Part shown: in pieces, positions 36,280-49,642 of the stretch
Numbering within the stretch: the first letter of the stretch is position 1
Layout: every line of letters begins with the position of its first letter
Assembly: GCA_001949185.1 (NCBI GenBank)
Contig: BDGG01000003.1
Coordinates: 2,959,158 to 3,023,157, forward strand
DNA from: Ramazzottius varieornatus
Lineage: Eukaryota > Animalia > Tardigrada
Direction: 5' to 3'
DNA length: 64,000 nt
Position numbers and translations under genes: made by a program
Notes under the pieces: generated by a model
What the model was told of the DNA's origin: nothing
Seen by the model: the letters and a program-made list of their open reading frames with translations, nothing else
The model's database searches: none

Positions 36280-37377
36280 CAGAGAATTTGGAAAACCGCA
36301 AACAAGAGCCAGCTGACGAAAAATTAATTAACACTAGCTAGTGGTTCTGACCACTGGAAAGACCGAGCAAAGGAGGCAAACCATTGTAGAGCGAGCACTT
36401 TTACTTGTGACTCACAATACGGTTCCCCAGTAAATTTTCTAATCGCCCCGATCAAGTTGCGTGTCTTTTTTCAGTACTGTGTTTGCGATATCTGAAAGCT
36501 CGAAGAATCTAATCGTCCATTATAATCTCGACAGACTTTAAAGGCCTCGCTTCGCTCGGCCTGAAAAGTTTGCGACTAATCAACTTCCAGTCAATCAATC
36601 GGTTCAACATCCACCTGCACCTACATGGACGAGATGCTGATGAGTGGTCAGTGCCCATAGGTCATCACTTTAGATCCGGTCACTACTGCATAATCTTCAT
36701 ATCTTGCCCTCACGGCATCACCCTATCAGAGAAAATTTCTGTCGTATGGGTGGGGTTCGAAAAGTTTTACATAATGTCGAAAGAGGCTCGATGCAGCAAA
36801 AAAATCGTTCAGACCAGGAAAAACCCTCTGGCTCGCTGCCTAATGCAGACTGTTATCTGGCTATTTGCATGTCCAGCGATGTCCTTATCTGAAGCTGTTA
36901 GCTGTCCACTCTCATGTTTGTTGTCATGCTCCGATATTTCGAACGGTCCTACGGCCCTGTTGATCTGAAGTTTCTACTGTATGCTCTCCCGAAATTCACG
37001 TACCTCACTGACTCTCAAGTCATTGGGGTCTTACCGTCTAGTTTTACACTCTGAATGGAGTGACGTACGTGAATTTCGGGAGAGTATACAGTAGTTGAAT
37101 TCCGGCAGCTTGCGCAGCAGCTCTTTGAGCAGGAGTCAAATATCCAGCGGGAGGAGTGTCCAAATAAAAAAAGATCCATTATGAAGCTATCACAAGACCA
37201 ATAGTCACAGAAGCAGAACCGGAAGTGCTTAAAAATAGCGGTTGGTCCGTGTAGAGCCTGCTGTTCGCGTAATCCTCGTACTGCTGGGAACTGAAAAACA
37301 AGCTCGAGGCGTGTCATTGCCGCGAGCCAGATTGACTGCTCGCCCAAACTGCCAATTTTGTGTAAGTTTTGGAACTT

Positions 37378-37702
37378 ACTTGGCACAGTCAACGTTATAG
37401 CTGCGCAGGACCAAGGAACAAATTACACACACAATGTCACGAAACTGTGAACATTTGTTAAAGAGGTCGTAGCGCGTACCAGGCGTCGCAGACCAAAGTG
37501 ACCTGGTTGAAGAGGTTGGAGTTCACGCAGAGGTAGGAAGTTTGATTCCCGTTGATGTCACACCGGTGGAAGACCTGGCACGAGGTCTCCACATCACAAT
37601 AAAAGCCGGGTTGAGCCTTACTGTCACACCGGAAGCTGGTCCGAGGAATTTCGGCGTAGGTTGGGTAGCTGGCATCGCGGGTGTCCGTCAGGAGTGTCAC
37701 TT
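37378..37702 (-). pseudogene. Chitin-binding peritrophin-A (CBM14) domain exons with no identifiable first exon; gene fragment or pseudogene
   Basis: YPTYAEIPRTSFRCDSKAQPGFYCDVETSCQVFHRC...SYLCVNSNLFNQVTLVCD, plus a micro-exon YNVDCA flanked by cag and gtaagt. Confidence 0.65.
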
Positions 37703-37980
37703 CTGACGGACAGAACTTTTTCCTTCAGAATTCAGGATGGTTATAGGATATAGAGTCAAACTGGCTTTTTAATTTGCCTAAAATGTTGGCAACGTTGTCA
37801 TAACTGGTCCATCGAAAACGCGCACCTTGTCGATTAACAAATGTACTGTATTAGCGGAGCCCTGCATTGGTTGCTACTGTATGAAGTAAAAAATTAAATA
37901 AAAAACGTCCTAGAATCTCAAAGTATGGCTGCCACTGCCAGTTACAGCTGATTCCCTGACCAGAGAAAATAGCCCATGAA

Positions 37981-40900
37981 CTAATTGGAGACACCGTTAG
38001 TCAAACCTGGCTGGCTAGCCAAATGTTCTTTAAACTTGATGTCGTGGGTTTCATACTGCTTTTGAAGTTTCTTCAGCATCCCTTTACTCAGCTCTTTTCC
38101 CTCATTATCGTGCGTCGGTAAACCCTAAATCACAAAATTCATTCAATGTTCTATCGCAATATGCATTCAGACTATACATCACCACATAATTGATGTGAGA
38201 GACAGGCAATACCTTCTCGTCGAACTTTGAAAACTTGTCGATTTGAGACCGGAAGAGTTCTGATGGTGGTGTCTGAGCGAGCTTTTCTTTGGCGAGGCGA
38301 CCTTGTTCAGCTTCCACCTTCTTTCGCTCTTTTTCTGCCCGCTTTTCTTCTTCAAGCTGTGAAACGAACCACTTATAGTCACTAACGAAATATCACAAGC
38401 GAGAACTTGTGTAAACGACCTCTCTTACCTTTAGTTTTTGGGCTCGCTCTTTCAGTAGCATTTCCTTGTCGACTAGTTTCACGGCGTACTGAGCCCCACT
38501 TCCCTCACGATCCTCCAAACGAACACCCAAGTTAGGCAATATATCATCGCGAAGATCGTCGCAGTACTTCAGGATGTTGGTGGCTTTTAGAGTCCGAGCT
38601 TCTTGCCGAACTTGTTCGCGGAACTCTGCAATGGCTGTGGCGTATGGCATTATCGTTTCTTCCGTCTGTGGGAGGCGGAAAGCATTCAATATCGCATAAC
38701 GAAGTAATCCTGGAAACTATTGACCACACTTACATTACCACCCTTTTCTCCAACGGAGAACCCAATCGCGTCATCCGATTCCATCACTCCGAAAACCTTC
38801 ATCATTCTTGTGAGGAACTGACCGATGTGGCGCAGCAGCGACGAATTTGGCTGACTTCCTATTGCGAATCTTTCTTTGATGTAAACGTTGGTAGCTGCCA
38901 TTATACCGTCTTTCAGAACGAAAAGGACTCTCCGAGTATCTACAGAATCTGTAAGAACAAGAACCTCAACGTCAGACTTCCCGTTACATTTACACCTCAC
39001 AAAACCGAACATCTTCACAGCATTTACAGTCCAACGAACTTACCACACAAAGCTTCATGGACCTCTTGTTTCGCCGCATAATACCTGTACAGCAAAAGCG
39101 CAGTTAGAGTATCGATTCACGTGTCTTAAGCAAGGTAGGTTCACGTGTCTTAAGAATGAACTCAACGGTTCATACCTATCGCGCAATACCAGATCTTCGG
39201 CGGCCCATTTACGCTGGTCTTTACTTGAGGTTCGCAGCAGATCCTTTATCGTCAAGAAAAATTCCTGAAAACAACAGATGCTTCATAACAAGCTGCGAAA
39301 CGAACCATGAACTCAGTTCATTGTATTACATACGTTCAGAGTCTTCTCGTACTGGACAGCGAGGTCCATGACGTTCGCCGAGTAGTCCATCGTTCCGCGC
39401 CACGAGTGCAGCAAGAACATTAGCCTTATCTGTCTAGCAGTGTGTTGCTTTAGTGCGTCTTGGATAGTCGTAAAGTTCTTCAAACTCTTGGACATCTTGC
39501 AACCGGAAATGGTCAAGTGGCCCGCGTGGAGGAAATAATTGACCCACGAATCGCACTCGAAGTAGGCTTCAGACTGAGCAATTTCATTGTCGTGATGGGG
39601 GAAACGAAGATCGAAGCCACCGGCATGGATATCGAGCTTCTCTCCAAGGACCTCGGTGGCCATCACCGAGCATTCAATGTGCCATCCAGGTCGTCCTCGT
39701 CCCCAAGGAGAATCCCATGCGGGCTCACCCGGCTTAGAGTTCTTCCACAGCGCGAAATCCATGGCTTGCCGCTTTCCATGTGCTTGTGTCAGGTCACCTG
39801 GAATGGAGTGAATCTAAATTCCCACTTATAAACATAGGATTGCACGTTCTTACCTTCGCCTTCGGTGAGAAGCTCCAAGTTGCCGAACTTTTCCGGATCT
39901 AGTTTGGCGTAATGATGATTTTTCTGTTGGTCGAACTTCAGTGTTTCAAAGTAAACCGAACCATCGGATTCGTACCTGTTCAAAACAAAAAGATAACAAG
40001 AGCGGAGCCGATCGTTATTCGATACGCTATAGGTGGAGAGATACCTACGCATATCCATTGTCGATGATTTTCTGTATAAACTGAACGATTTCCGGGACGT
40101 ATTCGCTCACTCGTGTGAGAATGTCAGCCGGAAGTACCTAACACGGAAAGTGCAAAGTATGAGCCTTCTGTAAGATATTCATGTCTAACAATTCTACTTC
40201 GTCTTACATTTAGCGCGTCCATATCTTCGTGGAATTTGTTCTCCCAGAACCGCGGGAGTATGGAGAATATGACGTTATCGGTGACGGTGCTTCCTAGTCT
40301 TTTATCGAGGTAGACTCCAAGAGGGTCGGAAAATGCATCTACTTCGCTGCGGAAATCTGGATCTGCAGAAGCGCGAAAAGCTTCGAACGACGTTAAGCAC
40401 GTCCTGTAGACGTGGTCGAGTGCGGTTCTCTTCTCTGGATCTGTTTCCTTCTGCACTTTTTCATTATATTCCTGCAAAGACACGAGAAAATTTTTCGGTG
40501 CATCGCCAACGTAATTTCGATTTGGACAAACTATCCTGTACGCACTTTCAGTGCCAGGTCGAGATCTTTCGAGATACCCTCCCGGCTCTGCGCATCCTTG
40601 ACGTACGATTCCATCAGGTGGCGAATTCGAGCTCGCTTGATGATCTAACAACAAAACATGCTCTCAGCTTTTCGATTCACTTTCACATTTCTCTCCGCGG
40701 TCTACCTTGTCGTCGATGTCGGTGATATTCATAGCGTAAACGACGTCGTAATTGAAATAGTCCGACATCACTCTTCTCAGGATGTCGAAGGAAATGTAGG
40801 CTCTACAACGAAACATCTCATCAGTAATTCGTACCTAAAAATTACTAATTCAAATATCGCTACGATATGCACATGTCGAGCACATCCTACCTGGCATGTC

Positions 40901-41274
40901 CCATATGAGAAGCATCGTAAACAGTAGGTCCGCATGTGTACCAAAGGACACGTTTCCCTTGTTGGGAGACGAAAGGCTCCTAAACAGCAGAAAAGAATTA
41001 CTGAACTTGTGCGCATTATATAATCTGGACGACCGGAAGTCGTTCTCGGTGACCACAATAACAGACAATCCGACGTACCTTTCTTCTGGTGAAACTGTTA
41101 TACAGCATGAGCTCCACGTTATCGTCTCTCTTCGGCGGTTTCCACAGACTCTGCACATACTTCACTCGATCTGGGAACGAACATAGATAATGCAGAAAAC
41201 AGTCGTCTGTAAGTACTAGTATGAGCAGTCTCACCATGTGTCTGATCATTCGTCGGCTCCGGGTTGTCCATCAT
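37981..41274 (-). CDS. CARS1: Cytoplasmic cysteinyl-tRNA synthetase, multi-exon
   Basis: [18 protein letters not shown] (HIGH), DFALWK...[40 protein letters not shown]; C-terminal GLPTHD...SN*. Confidence 0.97.
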
Positions 41275-42313
41275 GGAATTCGAGTAGGATCTCAGCTTCT
41301 TCCGATCAAACTCCCCGGTCGCAGATGTATTTCTGTAAAACCAGCAAAATCCCTGGATAGAAGAGAATGATTGCACGAAAACAATCCTGGGGAGAGATGC
41401 TGCTGAGGAGGTATGAGCGAATGCCACGCGTAAACGGGTAATGCTATTGCGTCATATCGCGCAGTGATGTCATATCCCGCAGAAGTCATACGGATGACAT
41501 GACATGGTAGCGCACAACGATGGACGCCATTTGCCAGCTGCAAGCCTGTGATCTTCGTCGGAGGTCCAGTTCCCCTTTCAGTCTACGGAGGAGCTTACCC
41601 ATTCATGGTTCGAAGATGGCCAGAGACTGGAGAACAACTTCTGTCCTTGCCAATTGTAGACTGAGAGTCGCTAGACTTCGCAACCTGTGATAATGACGAA
41701 CTTCCGCGTCCCAGATCGATGAGGTTCTCCGAGATCATAGTAGGCCTGAAAGACATTTTCTCCTTGGAGAAGAGATACGAAGTGAATCGAAAGAAAATTC
41801 TTAAGTTTTGCTGGTACACAAAGACATTTCCTCTTCGATTTCGTGGCTCAAGAGAAACAAGTCGACGTTACGGCAGCTAGCCCGAATCAGAACCATCAAT
41901 CGTCGATGCCCGATGGCAATCGCAAAATCCAAAGTCCAACCTTGAAACAAATACCTCTTGTGACCAACATTCTTAGCGTAGAGTTTGCATCTTTACATTA
42001 GTTTATCTCCGGCACCAAGTTGGCCGGTTGAGTTAGCCAGGAGCCTCCATCACGGAGGGCACCTGGATTTGACTTTCAATGGTCCGTTACTAAAACAGAG
42101 CAAACGAGGAGCTTGTGCGCGGACGTGAAATGCGCACTAAAAGGACCCACAAGGAAATACATATTAAAACAGAAACGGCTGTTTCGTAAAGGAAAGTAGA
42201 AAACAATGCAGGTAAAACGTCAATTTAACCTGAGTTAAAACTTAATCAATTTTTGTACCGTCCTTCCTCAGCTGAAACCGAGGGCGTGTTCGGTTCAATA
42301 AGGGACAAAGTTG

Positions 42314-43125
42314 CTACGAGTATCTTTGTCCAACACCTGAACTTGGATCCCATTCATAGACTTCGAGACCGCCACGGATAAAGTGACTGATGATCGGGTA
42401 CGTTGGGGTTAGACTGGTGCAGAGAACCATGTTTGGATTCACAGTGTAAACATTCCAGATCAATTCTAGATTTCCTGAAAAACCAACCATTTATGCTGGT
42501 ACAAGCATATCCTAGTATTTCTACATGGCGGAACATCCACAATGCTACATGCTCTTGCCAGCAACAAAAGGTCCAAACAAGCGGGTGGCCTGTTTGCGAG
42601 AGCTTTTGACGTCAATAAAAACATTCTGGCTCTTCTTTGATGCCTGGATCTCGGGAAGTATTAAGGGTACTTTGGAATATCGAAGTTAAGAGCGCAAAAG
42701 TCGAACTCGCTTCATGCAGCATTTACGTACCGGAAGTCAAGAAGAGCGGTAACTCAAAAGATCCTTCGGGACTTGATGGGTGATCTCGCAGGATCCTGGC
42801 GAGTAACTCAATCTCGGCTTCCATAGCAATCGGGCTGTCAAAGAAACGTTGAACCTGAACCTGCAGGAAACATCGGTCATGCCGAGCAGGTGGAAGTCAA
42901 GATCGCGAGAAGACTTACGTTGTACTGTCCAAGAGCCCAAATTTCGTCCGCTAGCAGTCGGTAATCGTGAAAGTTGCAGTAGCCGCGAAGAACGGCGCTG
43001 GTACAACCGTAGTTCTCGACTAACTCCAGAAAAGATTTCTGGACGATGTCCAGCACGGCATTATCCGTCGAAGTTATTCGACAGGAGTTCATATCCCAAA
43101 ACATGTATGCCGTGTTGGTCGACAT
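42314..43125 (-). CDS. Small (~165 aa) stand-alone divergent NYN/PIN-fold domain protein; exons 43125-42919, 42860-42731, 42474-42314
   Basis: Three exons with canonical splice sites total 498 nt in frame. Motifs AYMFWDMNSC (cf. FWDxENC), LRGYCN, LFLTSGNLEL (cf. LISGDxDF) and terminal YEW. Confidence 0.6.
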
Positions 43126-43469
43126 TTCGAGGTAGCTGCAGGTTTGACGAGTAATCTGAAATGACCCCAATAGAGGATTACACAGAAGGATAAAGGAAAC
43201 ATTCAAACCTGCGATGACCGCTGGTTCTTGTTGTCCTTTCTCAACCAGTCCGAAACGGCGACCCAACCCCAAGTTCTCGGTCGAGAGAAGATCCGGAAAG
43301 TCCTAGTGTTCGCACGATCTTGTTTAATTTAAAATGGAAAAGATGCAAGAGGTCAGGGAAGAATCTCACTTCCCAAATTGATTGTTGTGTAAACAACCTT
43401 CAGTGTAAATCACAAGATTAACACCGCAATTAAAACAATCAACATTCAACAATGGGGAACCCAAGTGTT

Positions 43470-43477
43470 TGACGTCA
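43470..43477. promoter_or_regulatory. Perfect CRE palindrome TGACGTCA in the divergent NYN-like/Brahma promoter
   Basis: Exact 8-bp CRE consensus between two head-to-head genes; function not shown. Confidence 0.3.
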
Positions 43478-43965
43478 CGCTGTAAGGATCGGTTCACACA
43501 ACCGCTTGCCACACACCACGAATCATCAGGCTGTGGCAGACGGTGACGGTCGGACGGTACTGATTTGCAAAAAGACGCTCGGAAGGCGGAATCGAACCGC
43601 TACGACGTCAGTCGTCCACAGGTATCTCCAGCTGTTAAAATTGAAGCCTGTACCCCGGACCACCGGAGTTCATCCGAGCAATATAGCGGACTTCCCAATG
43701 CCAGGTTTAGATCCAGAAAGATCTATTCTCGTAATTCAAAAACCATCTTCGGTGGTTCATCCGCTTCAACCCGTATCTTCCCTTAACGCGACATTCCATC
43801 AGGTCTCCATTCGGAGCGTTTATCTTCGCAGGTGCTTGGCCAGCCATCGTCCGAGCTGCGGGGCTGACTTGAAAGCCTGATACCTCTCGCCAACGATTTC
43901 GTCTTGTCTCCAGACTCCAGGTGGAAGGTGCATTGTGTCCTCTTGGCCTTCTCTGCCGATCCGCC

Positions 43966-46900
43966 ATGGAGGACGCAACACCAGCCGTGGGCTCGCATCC
44001 AAGTGTGGAGCAGATGAACGTCGACGAAGATGGCCGTTCCACTGACGCTAATATACTCCAGCATACCTTATCGGCCATTGCCCAGATGGAACAACGTGGC
44101 ATGCGAGACGATCTGAGGTATCTTCAGCTTCTCAACATCGCCAAACAACTCCGTCTGCGCTCGGAAATGGTGCCCTTGACATCGAAACTCTTGGAGAATG
44201 GACATACGGATGGAAACTTCCATCAGGTAGGAGGCCAGAAGTTATCCTGTACAATACGTACGATGGAAAAATTCCTTTGTTAGTATATTGTTTAATCGTA
44301 TCTGATGATAGAATGGTATGGCTCCCGAGCTCACAAACCTGGACGAAACTGACTCAGTGAACCATTATGATGCCCTGGAGGCGTCACGAGAAGCACTGAC
44401 TTCGGATCAGGTTGGACGCTTGCGAGCACAGATTTTGGCCTACAAGAATCTGGCGAGAAGGGAACCGCTTCCAGAAGCGCTGCATTATTCGGTTCTGTAT
44501 AGCAAGCCACTTCAGCCACGCTCTCATGATGGTAAAGGACATTCTTCAAACACCACAGTCTTTCATCTGCGCTACCTGTAGATCTCCATTTTGAATCTCA
44601 GGGGTAAATGGAATGGAACCAGGGGACAAGAAAGATAGTCTCGGAAGTTTCCATCCGAGCTTTTTGGCCCAGATGCACCAGTCTTCACAATCCTCTCGAC
44701 CATCCCCTATCAAAGTATCTCCAGTCGACCCCGCCGTTATCGCACAAGAGCGAGAGCATTTGTAAGTTAGTCAAATGACCTGTTCGAATTTTTATCATAT
44801 AATTTTCATTTGCTTTGTTATAGGATCGAAGTACGGATTGCCAGTCGGATTCAAGACCTCGAGCACGATATACCAGGTAATCTGCCGGAAGACCAACGGA
44901 TAAAGGCTCTGATAGAGTACAAAGCCTTGAGGATGCTGGCCTTCCAGCGTCTGCTACGAAAAGAAGTAATCGACATGCACAAGAAGGATACCACTCTGCA
45001 AACTGCAGTGAACCCCGCACTGTACAAGCGTCCCACAAAGAAAGTTGGTTTGCGAGACCTGCGAACAACGGAGAAGTATGAGAAAGAGAAGAAGGTTGAG
45101 CAGGAAAAGAAGAGTCGCCAACGGCACCAGGTAAGTTGGGTCTTGACATTTCCGTATCATAGGTTCGGATAAGCAGAATAAAATCAGGAAATCATGACTT
45201 GTTTCTCGTAGGAGTTCTTGGCGGCAGTCATTGCTCACGTGAAGGACTTCCGGGAGTTCCACAAGAACAGCCAGGCCCGAGTGGTCAAGTTGAACAAAGC
45301 AGTGATAACGTACTACGCTAACACGGAAAGGGAACAGAAGAAGGAGCAGGAGCGTCTGGAACGCGAACGTCTTCGTCGATTGATGGTAAGATTGTTCGCT
45401 CTCTTCTTCTTGTTAGTGTACTTGTCATATGATGCGTATCGGGTATTCCCTGTCAGTACAAAGCGAGCTATACGCAAGCGCTCGACAGTTGGACTTCTAT
45501 TGCCTAATGACTTGCCGTAATATGTTTTCTTTATCGGGAACATTGGGAGATTCTGGTTTGTTCAGTTCATGACTTTCTTTACGTGTAGGCTGAGGATGAA
45601 GAAGGTTACCGCAAGCTGGTCGACCAGAAGAAAGATCGTCGTCTAGCTTACCTTCTAAAACAGACCGATGAGTACGTCGAGAGTCTCACCGACATGGTTC
45701 GTCAACACAAGACCAGTGTTCGACGAGCCATGCAGCAAGAACAGCGAAACCGCCGAGCTGCACAGCGAGCGAAGATCGCTGAAAAGCAGACGCAGAACGA
45801 GCTGGAGACGGACGAAACCTCACAAGATTCCCAGTCCAGCGAACAAGCCATCCACGTCATCGAAGTGGCGACTGGTAAGGTCTATAAAGGCGACGATGCT
45901 CCAAAGGCTGGTCAACTGGACGCTTGGCTGGAAGCTCATCCTGGATACGAAGTGGCTCCGCGAGACGATAGCGATGTCGAAGAAGAAAGCGAACAGAATG
46001 CGAATGATGGAAAGACGGGAGAAACAGCAAAGGTTCCCGAGGAAGAGGAGGAAGTGACTAAAGTCATTCAACAGGCGAAGCAAGAAGATGATGAGTACAC
46101 GACGAACCAACTGAATGCGATGGCTAACCAGAACTACTATTCGATGGCGCATTCGGTTAGGGAGGAGATCAACGTGCAGCCCACAATTTTGACCGGTAAG
46201 AAGCAATTGGTGTATCTGGGACTTCGGCAAACAAACTCGACCTCAAACGGCGCATTCCTCAAGCCACTATGACTGAGAACGTTCGCCACTTGGAAAAATT
46301 ATCTGGACGAGTTTGGTTGCCGAGCTGTCATTTGGTGAATCTTGAATGAAGGATTTTCTCTTGCAGGTGGAAGTTTGAAGGAGTATCAGATCAAAGGTCT
46401 CGAATGGCTCGTGTCTCTTTACAACAACAGCCTGAATGGGATTTTGGCGGACGAAATGGGTTTGGGGAAGACCATCCAGACCATCTCCCTTATCACATAC
46501 CTAATCGAGTTCAAGAACAACCCTGGACCATACCTCATCATCGTGCCGCTGTCAACGTTATCTAACTGGCTTTTGGAGTTCCGAAAATGGGTAAGTGATA
46601 TCACGGTGTCAAACGGGAAATTTCACAAGATCATTTTACCAAGTGACGCACGTGTTCAGTGTTAGTGATCGGTAGTGTGCGCCGCTTGAAAAACAGTTTT
46701 GACGAGTTTGTTTTCCCAAGTCCTAAATCAATTCAGGGTTGTGTTCTTGTGATGTATTTGTAGGCTCCAACAGTAGTAACGATTCCGTACAAAGGCCAGC
46801 CAGCCGTCAGGAAAGGCTACCAGAACCAGATCAAGCTGGGGAAGCTGAACGTCCTGCTGACCACCTACGAATACGTCATCAAGGACAAGTCTGTCCTGAG

Positions 46901-49642
46901 CAAGGTCCACTGGAAGTACATGATCATCGATGAGGGACATCGCATGAAGAACCATCACTGCAAGCTGACACAGATCTTGAACACTTACTACATCTCCCCA
47001 CACCGGTTACTTCTGACGGGCACTCCGCTGCAGAACAAACTGCCTGAACTGTGGGCTTTGCTGAACTTCCTTTTACCGAGTATATTCAAGTCGGTCACCA
47101 CGTTCGAGCAGTGGTTTAATGCTCCCTTCGCCACTACTGGTAACTTTTGTCCCAACGTTCGCGTTAGCGTTTGCCTGCATGTCATGGTTTGACATTGCCG
47201 CATTGGGTGTCACAGTGTTGAAAGCATGACTGTTGCCATTAACTTTGAATCGGGTTTATCTTTTACTGTTTTTATCTGGATCCGTTCAGTACTAACTCCG
47301 GGTATACCTTCGTAGGTGAGAAAGTTGAATTGAACGAAGAAGAGACCATCCTGATCATTCGTCGCCTCCACAAAGTTCTTCGGCCGTTCTTGTTACGTCG
47401 GCTGAAGAAGGAAGTCGAATCGCAACTTCCAGACAAGGTGGAGTACCTCATCAAGTGCGACATGTCGGCTCTCCAGCGCATCATCTACCGGCACATGCAA
47501 CAGCGAGGTGTCATACTGACTGATGGTTCCGAAAGTAACAAGAAAGGCAAGGGAGGTGCGAAAACCCTTATGAACACCATCGTTCAACTCCGAAAGATCT
47601 GCAACCACCCCTTCATGTTCGACCAGATCGAATCGGCCATGGCTGAACATATGGGTCTTCCGTCCGACACCATCATCACAGGTAAGACTAAAGCTTCGTA
47701 GTTAGCCTGTCTATTCGACTTTTCGTGACCGCTAGTCTGAAATAATTTGGACCATAATGTTATTGAGAATGTTTGAGATGTCGCCAAATAACTTATGTCA
47801 GTGTTGCACGTACCTGCATACTCGAATGCTATGGGATGCACATGGGTGTGAAGTTTGCAGGTGCGTAGAATGAGGGATCAATGTTGTAACTGGACAATTT
47901 GGTTGTTATTGTAGGTCCGACAATTTTCCGAGCTGCCGGCAAGTTTGAGATGCTCGAAAAGATTCTTCCAAAGCTTCACGCGACTGGTCATCGGGTCTTA
48001 ATTTTCTGTCAGATGACACAGTTGATGACCATCATGGAAGATTACTTCAACTGGCGTCAGTACCGTTACCTTCGTTTAGATGGTACAACCAAGGCTGACG
48101 ACCGTGGTCAGTTGTTGGCAGAGTTCAATGCGAAGGACTCTGAGATATTCATCTTCATGTTGAGTACTCGCGCTGGCGGTTTAGGCCTGAACCTTCAAAC
48201 AGCCGACACAGTTATCATCTTCGACTCTGACTGGAACCCACATCAAGACATGCAGGCACAAGACAGGGCTCATCGTATAGGGCAGAAGAATGAAGTAAGG
48301 GTCTTGAGGTTGATGACGATCAACTCTGTTGAAGAGAAGATTTTGGCTGCGGCGAAATATAAACTGAACATGGATGAGAAAGTTATCCAAGCTGGAATGT
48401 TCGATCAGAAGTCGACGCTGAATGAACGCCAACAGTTCCTTCAAGCTATCTTGACGCAAGATAACGACGAGGAAGAAGAAGCGGCAGTACCGGATGACGA
48501 GACTATTAACCAGTTCCTGGCTCGAAGCGAAGAGGAGTTCGAGGTAGTTTTTTGTAACGGTTCTCTTCTGATCAGATTTCAGTTGTGTTTCTTTTTAGAT
48601 CTTCCAAAAGATGGATATCCAAAGGGTGCAAGAACTGCACAACCTAAAGGTGGGACATCTCCCGCAGCTGATGGGAGAGAATGAACTGCCTTCCTTCTTG
48701 CTGAAGAACGACGCGGAGATCGAAAAGCTGACGGCTGATCCTGATGACGACAAGGAGTTCGGGCGTGGTTCACGATCTCATAGAGATGTAGACTACTCGG
48801 ACGGCATGACGGAGAAACAGTGGTTGAAGATGGTGGACGAAGGAGATGTCGATGGCTTGGAAGAAGCGAAGACTAGCCGCAAACGGAAAGCCCGAAGCGT
48901 AAGCGTAGTCTTCCGGTCTTTCATGTAGCTACGTATACGAATGCCGCAGTAGTAATACGGTGTGACGTATGTAGGTGTGATGTTCACACACCTGCATACC
49001 TTGGTTTCATAGTATTGCTGCGGTGTAACGTATGTAGGTGTGTGACGACATCAGCAGCTGTTTGCTGATCTTCCAATCAGCGCATGTCATCAATATCTAA
49101 CAAATTTTGATGACTTTATCTTGCAGGTTATGGGTGTGGACGGACAAGTTGAACCACAGGAAGATGGGGAAGCGATGCAGCCTTCCACGTCCAGTGGGAA
49201 AAAAGCTCGCAAGGCAGAAAAGCAACCGAAGAAGCCGGCCGGTCCGGCTGAAGTTCTCCAGGACATCCAGAAGATCTACGACGTCCTGATCAGTTACGAA
49301 GACATGGAAGGACGCCTAATAGCTGGGGCCTTCATCGAACTCCCAACCCGGAAAGAACTGCCAGAGTACTACAAGATCATCCGTCGACCTCTGGATTTCA
49401 ACCGCCTAGAGAAGTACATCAAGGACAAGAAGTACCAGTCAATGCATGACTTTGAGAAAGACGTAATGCTGATGTGTAAGAACGCCCAGACTTTTAATCA
49501 AGATGGTTCTCAAATCTTTGAGGATAGTCGTGTCATTGCTGAGTTGTTTAAGGAAGCTAAACGGCAGTTGGATGCAGGGGAAAACGACATTTTTGTCGAA
49601 CCAGGCTCCATTGTTTTGCCGCCGACTGTTGCGCAGGCTTGA
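43966..49642 (+). CDS. brm: Brahma / SMARCA2/4 SWI/SNF ATPase (QLQ, HSA, BRK, SNF2 ATPase, SnAC, bromodomain)
   Basis: [68 protein letters not shown], bromodomain [14 protein letters not shown]. Confidence 0.98.
46218..46328. mobile_element. Family A hairpin MITE (Brahma intron)
   Basis: TCGGCAAACAAACTCG...CGCCACTTGG...CGAGTTTGGTTGCCGA. Confidence 0.65.
46605..46724. mobile_element. Family A hairpin MITE (Brahma intron)
   Basis: CAAGTGACGCAC...GTGCGCCGCTTG. Confidence 0.7.
47804..47868. repeat. Family D mini-hairpin (Brahma intron)
   Basis: ACGTACCTGCATAC-N~31-GTTTGCAGGTGCGT. Confidence 0.65.
48925..49045. repeat. Family D mini-hairpin (48984-49045) plus an adjacent degenerate tandem copy (Brahma intron)
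   Basis: TCACACACCTGCATAC-N30-GTATGTAGGTGTGTGA; CGGTGTRACGTATGTAGGTGTG occurs twice. Confidence 0.7.

Noticed and set aside
41595-41819. Short ORF between CARS and the NYN-like gene
   Set aside because: No recognisable motif or supporting splice structure.
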